From positions 677,992 through 731,164 of the forward strand of contig JAHRHZ010000155.1 of NCBI GenBank assembly GCA_024137785.1: 53,173 nt of DNA, written 5' to 3'. A program made the position numbers and the translations under genes. The stretch comes from Ginglymostoma cirratum. Its lineage: Eukaryota. The stretch's first letter is position 1. Each line of letters begins with the position of its first letter. Positions 28,701-40,700 of the stretch are shown one piece after another. The notes beneath the pieces are model-generated. The model was given only the letters and a program-made list of their open reading frames with translations. It did not search any database and was not told the DNA's origin.

Positions 28701-31700
28701 ATATTCTCTTCCTTTGTCTCCAGATGCGCCACGGAATCTCTCAATTTCTTCCCTTGCTGTGATTAAAGATTCATCGATCAATATAATTGAAGGGAATTCT
28801 GCAGTGATAATCTGCTCTGTCGAGAGCTTCCCAGCTTCTAACCTGACATGGAGACATCTTAATGCCACAATGAAAAGAACAATTTCCAACAATGTGCTGT
28901 GGTTGGAGATTCCTCACATTACATCTAGGGAGACTGGAGAGTATCAGTGTGTAGCAGAGAATGAACATGGAGCAATGGAGGGCTCTATAACCATCATTGT
29001 GGAATGTGAGTGTACACACACACAGGCACCTCCATATTGTGTGTGTGAATGGGGTGGGCAAAGTCGGAAATTACACCAGGTTATAGTCCAACACCTTTGT
29101 GAAATCACAAGCTTTCGGAATGTTGCTCCTTTGTCAGGTGAACAAACCGGACTTCACCTGATGAAGCAGCAGTGCTCTGAAAGCTTGTGACTTCAAATAA
29201 CCCTGTTGGATTATAAACTGGTGATGTGTGACTTCTGACTTTAACCCTGCAGAAACACACAAATGGGACATGTGTTGCACTGGAACATCAGTATGGGCTT
29301 AAATTCTCTGCAGAAGGAATGGAAATTCTATATTAACAAGATGCTGCCTTGAACCAGCAATGCCCTGTGTAGATAACCGTAGATTTATTTGTGGTGAAAT
29401 TATTTTCGCTGATAGATCCATTTGTATTGTGTAAGCGAGCACCTGGTGAACATTGTAACATCCAAAGAATAAGCATTCCAATGGTTGCACATTCATTCCT
29501 GCATAAACAAAAGGGTGCGGTTTGTTGCAATAACTTCAGTAAGTCTCTCAGATGAGTTCAAGAGCCAGCAGCTGTTTAGGTTTGTGTTAATAAAACAATG
29601 ATTGGGGAGGGGTGGGGGCGGTTGCTGTTAGCTGTACTGCTCTGATAAAGTTACTGAAATGGCCTGATTTTGTCTGATTGGAGATTGGGGTGAAATCCCA
29701 GGAGCTGTTTTATATCTCACCACAGTTATGAATCAGGAGATGACCTGGGAAGCCAATAGTTAATGCTAAGTATCACAGCTTGAACTCACAGGAATATATC
29801 TTGAAGTTGTGTAAGATCAGAGGCTCAGAAGATGCTCGTTAATAATTCAGAAAGTGAGGAATTGCTATCCCTTTTAAAGCTTTAAAGAGCTGATGATCTA
29901 AAAATCAGGCCCTTTCAGTAACTTTATCAGAGCATTACAGCTAACAGCAACCCCCCCACCCCCAATCATTGTTTAACTGATGTCTGGGTATGTTACTGAG
30001 AAATCTGTGGAATTAACCTTTATTTAGTTTTGGAAGAGCTCTATGGTGTGATTGATTACACTTTCTGTTATCCATATTTACCGCACATTAATTTTGGACA
30101 TTGGCACAGGAGCAAGTGTAGGCAAATCAAGGTCTTTTAGTGAAAATTTGTAGCTTGGGTTGTGGATGCAGTTGTTTGCTAGCTCACCGAGCCAGCTGTT
30201 TTGTGTACAGACATTTTGTTACCTTTCTGGCAAGCTCATCAGTGTGACCCCTAATTGAAGCGTTAATGCTCTGTTTCCTTCCGGATTTATATGATCCTCT
30301 AGTGTGATGGTCTTGTGGCTGCCAGGTCTGTTGTTTTAACAGCGGTCTGTATTTGGGGTCTATTTCTACGTGTTTGTTAATGGACTCCCGTGTTGAGAAG
30401 CAGGCTTCCTGAAATTCCCTCACATGTCCAGTGTTCGCTTGACCTAATCGAACTGATGGCTCTCATCGTCCGTGTGGATTGAGACAAGTGAATATTGGTC
30501 GTGTCTTTTTATTGTCAACTGGTGTTCATGTATCCTGGTCATCAGTTTCCTTCCTGTTTGTCCAATATAATGTTTGTTGCATTCACTGCATGGTACTCTG
30601 TATATCACATTGGTCTTGTTTACGGTCAGTGTGGGATCTTGTCTTTGATAACATTTGGCGCAGCATTGCCCTAGGTTTGTGTGCAATCATGATCTCATGT
30701 GGTTTTAGGAGTCTGGTAGTCATTTCTGATGCATTTTTGGTGTATGGTAGCATTGCCAGTTTCTTCTGTTGTTCCGTGTCCTCTGACTCATTTGTTTTGC
30801 AGGCATCTGCGGACAAAACTTCTTGGGTATCCCCTGTCGCTGAAAACTTTGTGTAGGTGTTCCTCTTCCATTCTCTGGAGTTCTGGTGTGTTGCAGTGTG
30901 ATGCAGCTCTGTTTGTGTATGGTGGGGTGGTTGCTATTGAAGTTAAGGATTTGGTCCGTGCGTGTGTGGTCTTCCTGGGTACTCGGGTCCAGAATTCACC
31001 GTTAGTCAGTCTCTCTACCATTACATTTAAGAACGGGAGCTGTTTGTTGTTTTCTTCCTCTCTAGTGAAATTTATGTTTGTGAAGATGTTGACAAGTTGG
31101 TGGTTTACTTCTACTTTTGTGCGTTTGATTATTACAAATGTGTCATCCACATATCTTACCCACATGTTTGGTTGGACTATAGGAATTCATTAGTATTCAT
31201 CTCGTATTTCATTCTCTGCATCACTGCTTCTGTGACGAGGCCTGAAATGGGTGATCCCAACAGGATGCTGCTGATCTGTTTGTATAACTGTCCGTTGAAC
31301 ATGAAGTGCATTGACAGGCATAAATCTAGCAGTTTCAGTAGGCTGTCCTTGCTGATGGTGGTGCCGGTGTTCAGGGTCGGTGCTCCTGGTCCGTCTAGTA
31401 GTGTGGCTAGTGTCTCTCTGGCTAACGGTACGTCAATGGACGTAAATAATGCTATAACATCAAAGAAGATCGTGATTTCATCCTTGTTGATTTTTGTGCC
31501 CTTGAGTTGAGAGAGAACTTCCTGGGCGAATGGATAGAGTGTGGGAATCCGCTAAACAGATCAACGGCACACTGATTGGTTCACCAATCTCAAGTCTCAT
31601 CACGGAAGCAGTGATGCAGGGACTGGAATACACAGTCCTTCCTATAATCCAACCAAAAGTGTGGGTAAGATACGTGGATGACACTTTTGTAATAATCAAA

Positions 31701-34700
31701 CGCACAAACGTAGAAGAAACCCACGAACTTGTCAACAACATCTTCGCAAACATAAATGTCACTAGAGAGGAAGAAAACAACAAACTGCTCCCGTTCTTAG
31801 ACATAATGGTAGAGAGACTGATTCACGGTGAATTCCGGACCTAAGTATATAGGAAGGCCACACACACAGACCAAATCCTTAACTTCAGTAGCAACCACCC
31901 CACCATACACAAACAGAGCTGCATCAAGACACTATTTAAATCAGCTGCATCACACTGCAACACCCCAGAGGTCCAGAGAATGGAACGGGAACTACACAAA
32001 GTTTTTACTGACAACAGATACCCAAGGAGATTTGTCTGCAGCTGCCTACAAAACAAACGAGAGTCAGAGGACACAGTACAACAGAAGACACTAGCAGTGC
32101 TTCCCTACATCAAAAATGTATCAGAAATGACTACCAGACTCTTAAGAACGCATAAGATCATGAGCGCACACATGCCCACAGCGACATTGCACCAAACGTT
32201 ATCAAAAACTGAAGACCCCATACCAACAGTAAACAAGACCAATATGATATACAGAATACCATGTACTGAGTGCACTAAACATTACATTGGATAAATAGGG
32301 AGGAAACTATGCAAACACCAGCTGGCAGTAAAAAGACACGACCAATATTCACTTGTGTCAATACCCACAGACAAGGGCCATCAGTTCAACTGGGTCAAAC
32401 TGACCATACTGGGACAAGCGAACACTAGACAAGGGAATTTGATAGCCTGGTTCTCAACACAGGACTCCATTAACAAACAGAAATAGACTCCATATATAGA
32501 CCACTGCTAAAACAAGAGAGCCAGAAGCGTCAAGACCATTACACTAGAGGATCATATAAATCTGGAAGGAAGCAGCACAACAACGCTCTGGCTAGAGGTT
32601 GCACTGATGATGTTGCCTAAAAGGGGAACAAAACATCTGCACAGCATAGAACAACCAGCACGGCGAGCTAACAAACAACTGCAATAGGCCATTCAGCCCC
32701 TCAAGCTTGTTATGCCATTCAATGAGATCATGGCTGATCAATGGACGAAGTCCATAAACCTGCTTTTGACCCATATCCCTTAATACCTTTGCTGAACAAA
32801 AGTTTCTGTGTCAGATTTAAAAGTAATAACTGATCAAGTATCCACTGCCATTTACAGAACAGAGCTCCAAACCTAGAATCTAAGTTGGATATATGTTATA
32901 GATTCTATCACTATTCCAATTTTGGATAAGTTTCTTTTGTTGAAACTTTGGAATTCTGTGACTTTATTTTCTTTGTAAGTCGATGGCATCTCAAACATTG
33001 TCTCCTTTAAAAGAAAATTTCCTGATCCCTCACTAGATGCTAACCTGGTGATCTGCTCTGGGATCATAACATATCCCCCAATGTTCCATTGATCAAATTC
33101 AATTCATTGCCGCTAAGGCTTTGAGAATATTGAGGATGTGAAAGGAACTTTCTTTCAGAATGGACAGCTCCCTACAGTGTGACAGTTACATAGGCAATAT
33201 CTGTCAGAAGCGTAGTGCAGCAACTACCATGGACAGATAGTTATGAGGAATCCACATAGCGCATTCAGAGAGATGGATATGGAGTCTTGCTATGAACCGT
33301 GTTTGCTCACAATATTCTCTTCCTCCATTTGCAGACCCACCACGGAATCTCGCAATTACTTCTTTTGCTGTGATTGAAGATTCATCGATCAATGTAATTG
33401 AGGGGAATTCTCCTGTGATAATGTGCTCTGTTGAGAGTTTCCCAGCTTCTAAACTGACATGGAGACATCTTGATGTCACAATGAACAGAACAAGTTCCAA
33501 CAATGAGGTGTGGTTGGAGATTCCTCACATTACATCCAAGGAGACTGGAGTCTATCAGTGTGTGGCAGAGAATGAACACGGATCAATGGAGAGTTCCATA
33601 ATCGTCGCTGTGCAATGTGAGACTACCATTACATTTGTTCATTGTTACATCTTCAGAGAAGCCATTGGCATTGTCTTGTTTCTTCAAGCCTCCCTCATTC
33701 CACTGCTCCGATGTTATCTATGATCTGATTTTTCTTTATTCTTTTCTGTTTACTGCATATTTCTCCTACAATTGTTGCTGAGACAAAGATGGTTCTTCAC
33801 TAAGTCCTTACCTGTCTATCTCAATCTAACTGGACCTAACACACTCTTGACTCCTATACTTCCATTCTCTTTATCTAAGCCCTTGACTTGTCTTGTTCTG
33901 CATCCAGCTGAATCCGACCACCCTTGGGCACACCCACATTTCAAAACCTGTTACCTTCCTCTCATCCACTTTCTTCAGGGTCTGACCCTCACATTCATTG
34001 AGTATGACCCTCCACATTACCCTGCACCCAACGTTTTCTCAGTTTCAGGCTGTTTTCAGATATTTAGATTGAAGTCACTGGTCACAGTGCTTGCTGTTAT
34101 TTTTCTAAGCTAAATTAGAGTTCTGGATGTAATTTTAATATTTATTCTTGAGCCAAGTATTGGAATTTGTCCACTCTCCCCATCTCAGTACACCCAATCT
34201 TGATATCCTCATTGCCATTTACAGTCATTAGGTTGGCCGTTGCTGCATACATGTCGGCCATTGCTGCATTCACCACCAGTTCGAATGTCTCCCTGCGTTC
34301 TTGTCTGGGTCTATCATACACTCCAGCTCTTGCTTTGTTCTGTTTGTGTGTGTAGTGCCGTCTGCACACCAGTGATTCCACAGCCGTATCCCTACAAACA
34401 AATTTATATCCCAAGAGACTCTGAGATTTACATTATCTATGACAGGCATTAGGATGCTTGTAAACACAGACAAACATTTCCCAAACACTTTCCGCTTTTA
34501 AGACATTTTTAAGTTAAACCTTCTGTATGGTGCTTTCAGTCAGTAACCAAAGATCTCCTTATGTAGCTCAGGATAATGTTTTGCCAGAAGGAGGTGAAAA
34601 ATGAGGGAGGTAGTTCCAGAGATTCAGGCTTCACGCAATTGACTCAGGAAATACACAAGAGGCCGGAACTAGAAAAGTAGAGATCTTGGAGGGTGTGGGG

Positions 34701-37700
34701 CACAGGGATTACCTGCTGATTCTTCTCTGCTCTTGTTCCAGATCCCCCACGGGAGACCAAAGCGTCCATCAGTGGAGCCTCAGGTGGGATCAGAGAGGGA
34801 AACAACGTCACATTAACCTGCTCCAGTGAAAGCGTCCCATCGATATCTCATTACACCTGGTTCAGGATCGAGGGAAACACCAGCACCTGTTTAAACACAA
34901 GCAGCCGGATTCTGTCTTTCACACCAGTAACGCGGAGGGATGATGCAGATTTCTATTGCACAGCGACAAACCCATTGGGTAACAGCAGCTCCAACACAAC
35001 CCACCTGAATGTGGAATGTAAGCAGTTTACTCTGTCTATCTCTTCTTAAAACTCAGGGGCTGTCTATCTGAGAGCAGCTTACACACTGCAGTTTAGAATA
35101 AAGAGCGTAACCTCCCCACTGCTGTAATCTGTCTCTCACTGAGACATACAGCATGATATCAGGATTGGTAATTAATAGCTTGGCTGCTAAGGAGCATCAT
35201 AAAGGAGAAGTGAGAGGGGCATGGACTATTAGGAAGGGAATATCAGAACTTTAGTTCCTCGGCAGGTTCTGGAAGATGCAGTCACAATGGATGGGCGATT
35301 GAAACTTGGCAAGGTTCAAGAGGTCATAATTGGAGGAGGGCAGAGATCTTGAAGGGTTGCAGGGGCCGGCAGAAGTTACAGAGAAAAAAAAGTGGGTAGG
35401 GAAAGATTTGAAAACAAGGATGGGAATTATAAACTGGTGTTTCCAGACTGAGCAACAATGTTGTTCAGCTAAAGACAGAGTGCAACTATTAATTCCAGAG
35501 TGGTGCAACTTAAGACATAGGCAGTAGAGTTTTCGATGAGCTGAAGTTTACAGAGTGTGGGAGATGGGAGAGCGTTTAGAAATGAATTTGGAGTCGAGCA
35601 AGACACTGAAGGCGATTTTGGCGTAAATATCATAACTGTACTATATTTGGCTAATTGTTATCGTTCGCTTCTCAGATGGTCCAGAGATTTCCTGGGAGTC
35701 GGAATGTACTCGGAGGTCAGAGGGGATCACCTGCGTCTGTGTGGCCAACTCCAACCCTCCTGGAGACCTCACCTGGCACCTGCTCCATGCCAACCTCAGC
35801 GGTAACCAAACACACGGAGGCTTTGTGTCACAGCAGCTCAGAGCTGGGCATCAGGTGATGGGTTTCCTGATCCTGATGGCACACCAGGATGAAGATGAAG
35901 TGATGGGATCATGCTCGGTTCGAAATCCGCATGGTGCAGCCACGTTCAAGGTGCATCTTTGGGTCAAAGGTGAGCAGATTGACTCTGGATCGATCTTGGC
36001 TTGGCTGGTTATACCCTAAACTCTAGAATCCCCTTCTTCCCCATCTTCACCTCCTTTATGATGCTCTTTCCCACCAGCCTCTGACCAGCACGTCCTCAGA
36101 GTTATAGAGTAGAGTTCGAGAGTAATACAACATGGAAACAGGCCCTTCGGCCTGTTGGCTATGGTGCCCACTCAGCTATTCCAATGGCCTGCATTTGGTT
36201 CATATTCCTCTAAACCTTCCCATCCATGTACCTATCCAAATGTTTGTTAAAATGTTGTTATTGTACTTGCCTCAAACAATTTCTCTGGCAGGCCATTCCA
36301 TATTTGCACCACTCTCTACATGAAGAAGTTGCCCTTCTTAAATCTTCGGTGATTCTTAAACCTTCGCCCTCTCACCTTAAACCTATGCCTTCTGAGTTTC
36401 AATTTCCCATTGCTGGGAAAAAGGCTATATGCATTCATCCTATTTCTGCCTGTCATGATTTTATACACCTCAACAAGATCACCCCTCATTCTCCTACGTT
36501 CCAAGGAATAAAGTCCTATCCTGGTCAACCTCTTCCTATAACTCAGGCCTACTAGTCCTCGTAAGTCTTCTTTGCACACTTCCCAGCTTAACTATGTCTT
36601 TCCTATAATAGGGTGATAAAAACCGTACACAATACTCCAAGTGCGGCCTCACCAATGACTCATACAACTGTAACATAATATCCCAGTGTTTCAGCCGATG
36701 AAGGCCAGCATGTTAAATGCCTTCTTCATCACCCTGTCCACCTGTGAAACCGCTTTCAAAGAACTATCTACTTGTACTCCTAGGTCCCTCTCCTCAGAGC
36801 CTTACCATGATTTGACTTTTCAAAGTGCAACATCTCACACTTATCTGTATTGAATTGCATTTGCTAATCCTCAGCCCACTTCCCCATCTGATCAACATCC
36901 CTCTAATTTTTAATAATCTCCTTGCTATCAATGACACCTACTAATTTTATATCATCCACAAACTTACTAATCATGCCTTGTACATTTCATATCCAGACCA
37001 TTTATGTAAATAACAAAGTTCCCAGCACCGACCCCTGTGGCACACCACTTGTCACAGGCCTCCAGTCCAAGAAACAACCTTCAACCATCACCCACTGCTT
37101 CCTACCATCAAACTAATTTTGAATCCAATTAGCTAGCCTCCCTGGATCCTAGGCGGCCGAACCTTCATAACTAGCCTGCCGTGCAGGACCTTGCCAAAGG
37201 CCTTACTAAAATGCATATGGTCAACGTCCACAGCCCTACCTCATCTATCCTCTTTGAAGAGGTAAAAAAAACTCAGAATTTGTCAGATGTGACTTCCTGC
37301 CCATAAATCCATGCTGACTATCCCTAATCAGACCTTGACTATCCAAATACTGGTTGATCCTGTCCCTCAGTATCGTCTCCAATAACTTGCCTGCCACTGA
37401 TGTCAGGCTCACTGGCCTGTAGTTCCTTGGCTTGTCTTTGCTACCTTTCTTAAACAATGGAAAATTAGCTACCCTCCAGTCTTCTGGAACTTCACCCATG
37501 GCGAAAGATGAAGCAAAAATCTCTGCAATTTCTTCCCTAGCCTCCCACAATGTCCGAGGACAGACTTGATCAGGCCCAGGGGATTTATCCACCTTAATGT
37601 GATTGAAGGCTGCAAACACCTCCTCTCTCATAATATGTATGCGGCCCAAAACATCCCTATTTGTTTCCCTTATTTCTTTAGCATCCATGATTCTCTGCTC

Positions 37701-40700
37701 AGTAAACACTAAGGAGAACACTGAGGAGAAATATTCATTAAAAATCTCCCCCATCTCTTGTGGCTCCACACATAGATGGCCGCGCTGATCTTTAAGGGGT
37801 CCTATTCTCTCCCCAACCACTCTTTTACTCTTAATATAGCTATTGAACTTCTTGGGATTATCTTTAATATTTCTGCCAGATCCGCCTCATGCCCTCTTTT
37901 TTTGCTCTTCTGATTTCCCGCTTAAGTACAATCCTACACTTTTTATAGTCATCTAGGGATTCACTTGAGCCCAACAGCTCAAACCCAATGTATGCCTTCT
38001 TTTTCTGGACCAGAGCCTCAATATCCCTCGTTAGCCAGCTAGATCCCTAAACCTGCCAGCTTTTCCCTTCACCCTAACAGGGACATACTATCCCTGGACT
38101 CTTGATATCACACTTTTAAAAGCCTCCCGTTTGCCAGTCATTTCTTTTTATTCAAACATTCACCCAGTCAACCTTTACTAGATCTGCTTAATGGCCCCAA
38201 AATCAGCCCTGCTCCAATTCTGCACCTTAACCTGTGGACCCGTCCTATTTTTTTTCAATAACTATGTTAAAACTTAGTGTTATGGTCACTGGACCAAAAG
38301 TGCTCTGACTGACACTGGAGTAACTTGCCCAACCTCGTTTCCTACGCGGAGGTCCAGTGTTGCACCCTCCTGAGTAGGGCCCTCTACATCCTGATTTAGG
38401 AAACTTTCTTGGACACTTAAACAAATTCCACTCTGGTGGCCCAGTTAATGCAGGGTAAATTAAAATCTCCAACCAATATTACTGTGTTATTTCTGCAGCT
38501 ATCTGCAATCTTTCTACATATTTGCTCCTCTACTACCCACCGGCTGTCTGGGGGTGTGTAATGCAATCCCAACAGGGTGACCTTCTTATTTCTAAGTTCT
38601 AACCATATGGTTTAATTTGATGATCCCTTAAGAATATCCTCTCTAAGCTCTTTTGTTTTGTCCTCCCTTATCAAAAGGGCAACTCCTCCTCCTTGCTTAC
38701 TTGTACTTCTGTCTCACCTGTAGCTTCAGTATCCTGGAACACTGAGCTGCCAGTCTTGCCCTTCTCTCAGCCATGTTTCCGTTACGGCTATAATATCCCA
38801 GTCCTCAGAGCCAATCCATGCTCTGAGCTCATCTGCCTTAGCAGTCAGGCCTCGTGCAGTGAAATAAATGCACTTTAAACCAGAAGTCTTTTCCCTCCCT
38901 TTACTGTGTCCCTGGCTATCCTGAATTGTAAACTCTCAATGGCTAATGTATTTTCCCCTGACTTCTCGATGGCCCCTCTCTTATTCAGAGTCCCACCCCA
39001 TTACCAGACTAGGTTAAACCCTCTTGGGTAACACTGGTAAATCTTCCCTCAAGGTTATTGTACTCCCTCCAGCTCAAGTGCAACCCATCCCTCTTGTACA
39101 GGTCACCTCAACCCAAGAAGAGATCCCAATGATCCAAGAACTGAAAACCCTGCCTTCTACACCAGCTCCTCAGCCACGCATTCATCGGGCCTATCTTTCT
39201 AGATCATAGAATCCCTAGAGTGTGGAAACAGGCCCTTCAGTCCAACTAGTCCACACTGACCCTCAGAGCATCCCACCCAGACCCAGACGCATCTCTTGAT
39301 AACTGACCAAATATACACATTCCTGAACACTATGGGCAATTTAGCATGGTCAATCAACCTAACCTGCGCATCCCTGGACTGTGCGAGGAAACTGGGGCAC
39401 CTGAAGGAAACCCACGCAGACACAGGGAGAGTGTACAAACTCTGCACAGACAATGGCCTGAGGGTGGAAGTGAATCGGAGTCCGTGGCGCTGTGAGGCAG
39501 CAGAGCTAACCACTCAGTCCCCTTCTATTTTGATCTTCACTGGCATGTGGCACTGGGAAGAATCTGGAGATCACAACCATTGCAGTGCCAATAGCAACAC
39601 TGGATAAAACTCAGGTCAGGCCATTTGGCGGAGGCCATCAGGAAGCACTTTCTTTACAAACTGAGGTGGAAATCTGGAACTCTCACCAACGTTCCCCATT
39701 CCCCCACCCCGCCAAAAAAATCTCTAATTGAAAATAAAGAGAGGCAACGCTGCAGGGGACAGTGGACAGTAAAGTAGTGTTAAGTTGGTGAAGATGTCCA
39801 GCTCATTGAGGGAGGGGAGGAGTCTTACCATGGAAGCAGGTGGGGTAGCATGCAGGTGGTTGGGGTTGTTAGTGCGGCAGGACTCTTGAGGCTGGACGCG
39901 AGGCCGGCAGCAAGGCAGAGCTTGGGGCATCGTCAGGGCTAGGCTGGGGGAATTCAGATTATTGGCAGACTCGGCAGCAGGTCCGATCACAGTGGTTCAG
40001 GCTAACAGTGAAGACAAGGCTTTGAGTTGGGAGGTGTGCCTGGATGGGTGGAGTTCGGGCTGTCCTGGGGAAGAGGAGCAGAATAGCACTGGATTGTTAG
40101 GGAGTGGGAAGGTGCCTGGTCAGAGGAGGAGTAATTGTCAGATGTCCAGGTTCACGGTTCAGGTGAGGTGAAATTGGAGGCTGTGTGGTCAGTTGGGAGT
40201 TGGGGAATCAGTTTAAAAGCTAACTGGATGTTAGTACAAGCTTTTAATTGTCTGAACATAAAGAAAGTGCTCCCCTCTGATTTGAACGGGCTCTGTCAGA
40301 GTGTTCCAGACACAGGGAAATTGGCAATTGGAACTTCCAATTTCCTGGACAATTCGCATGGATGCACCTGCTTGTGGGATTCTGCAGGATCCTGTCACCC
40401 AACTCCAATCTGCGGTGATCCAGCAATCAACTGTCCATCAGACAGTTGAACTGTCCAATGTAAATTTGAATGATTCACAGATTACATCCAAAACGATTGA
40501 ATATATTGCTCATATTATCACAGAATCAGAAGTGTGATGATTGCTCTATTGAAGGTAATGTGACTGCCAATTTTTGCACAACAAGATTCCACAAACAGCA
40601 ATGTGACAAAGAACTGATGATCAATTATTTGGTACAAAGACAGAGATTAGAAAGTGGATCACTAATGCCCCATTAGTGAAGGAAACCCACTGTTTTCTCC

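Larger units (their letters stand above)
18480..29010. repeat. Tandem segmental duplication, ~4.95 kb unit (exon plus whole intron)
   Basis: Exon starts 18827, 23785, 28724 are 4958 and 4939 nt apart. Intron sequence is co-linear and similar, e.g. 20550-21000 vs 25500-25930, with shared SINE, Penelope and CR1 fragments. Confidence 0.9.

Noticed and set aside
18789-33503. Repeated minus-strand ORFs (MLELVLFIV...)
   Set aside because: Antisense shadows of the duplicated Ig exons.
13026-35969. Rearranging antigen-receptor locus (IgNAR/IgW/TCR) or five separate Ig genes
   Set aside because: The V domain lacks the YYC motif, no RSS or J segments were seen, and the exons splice in phase into one Siglec-type chain.
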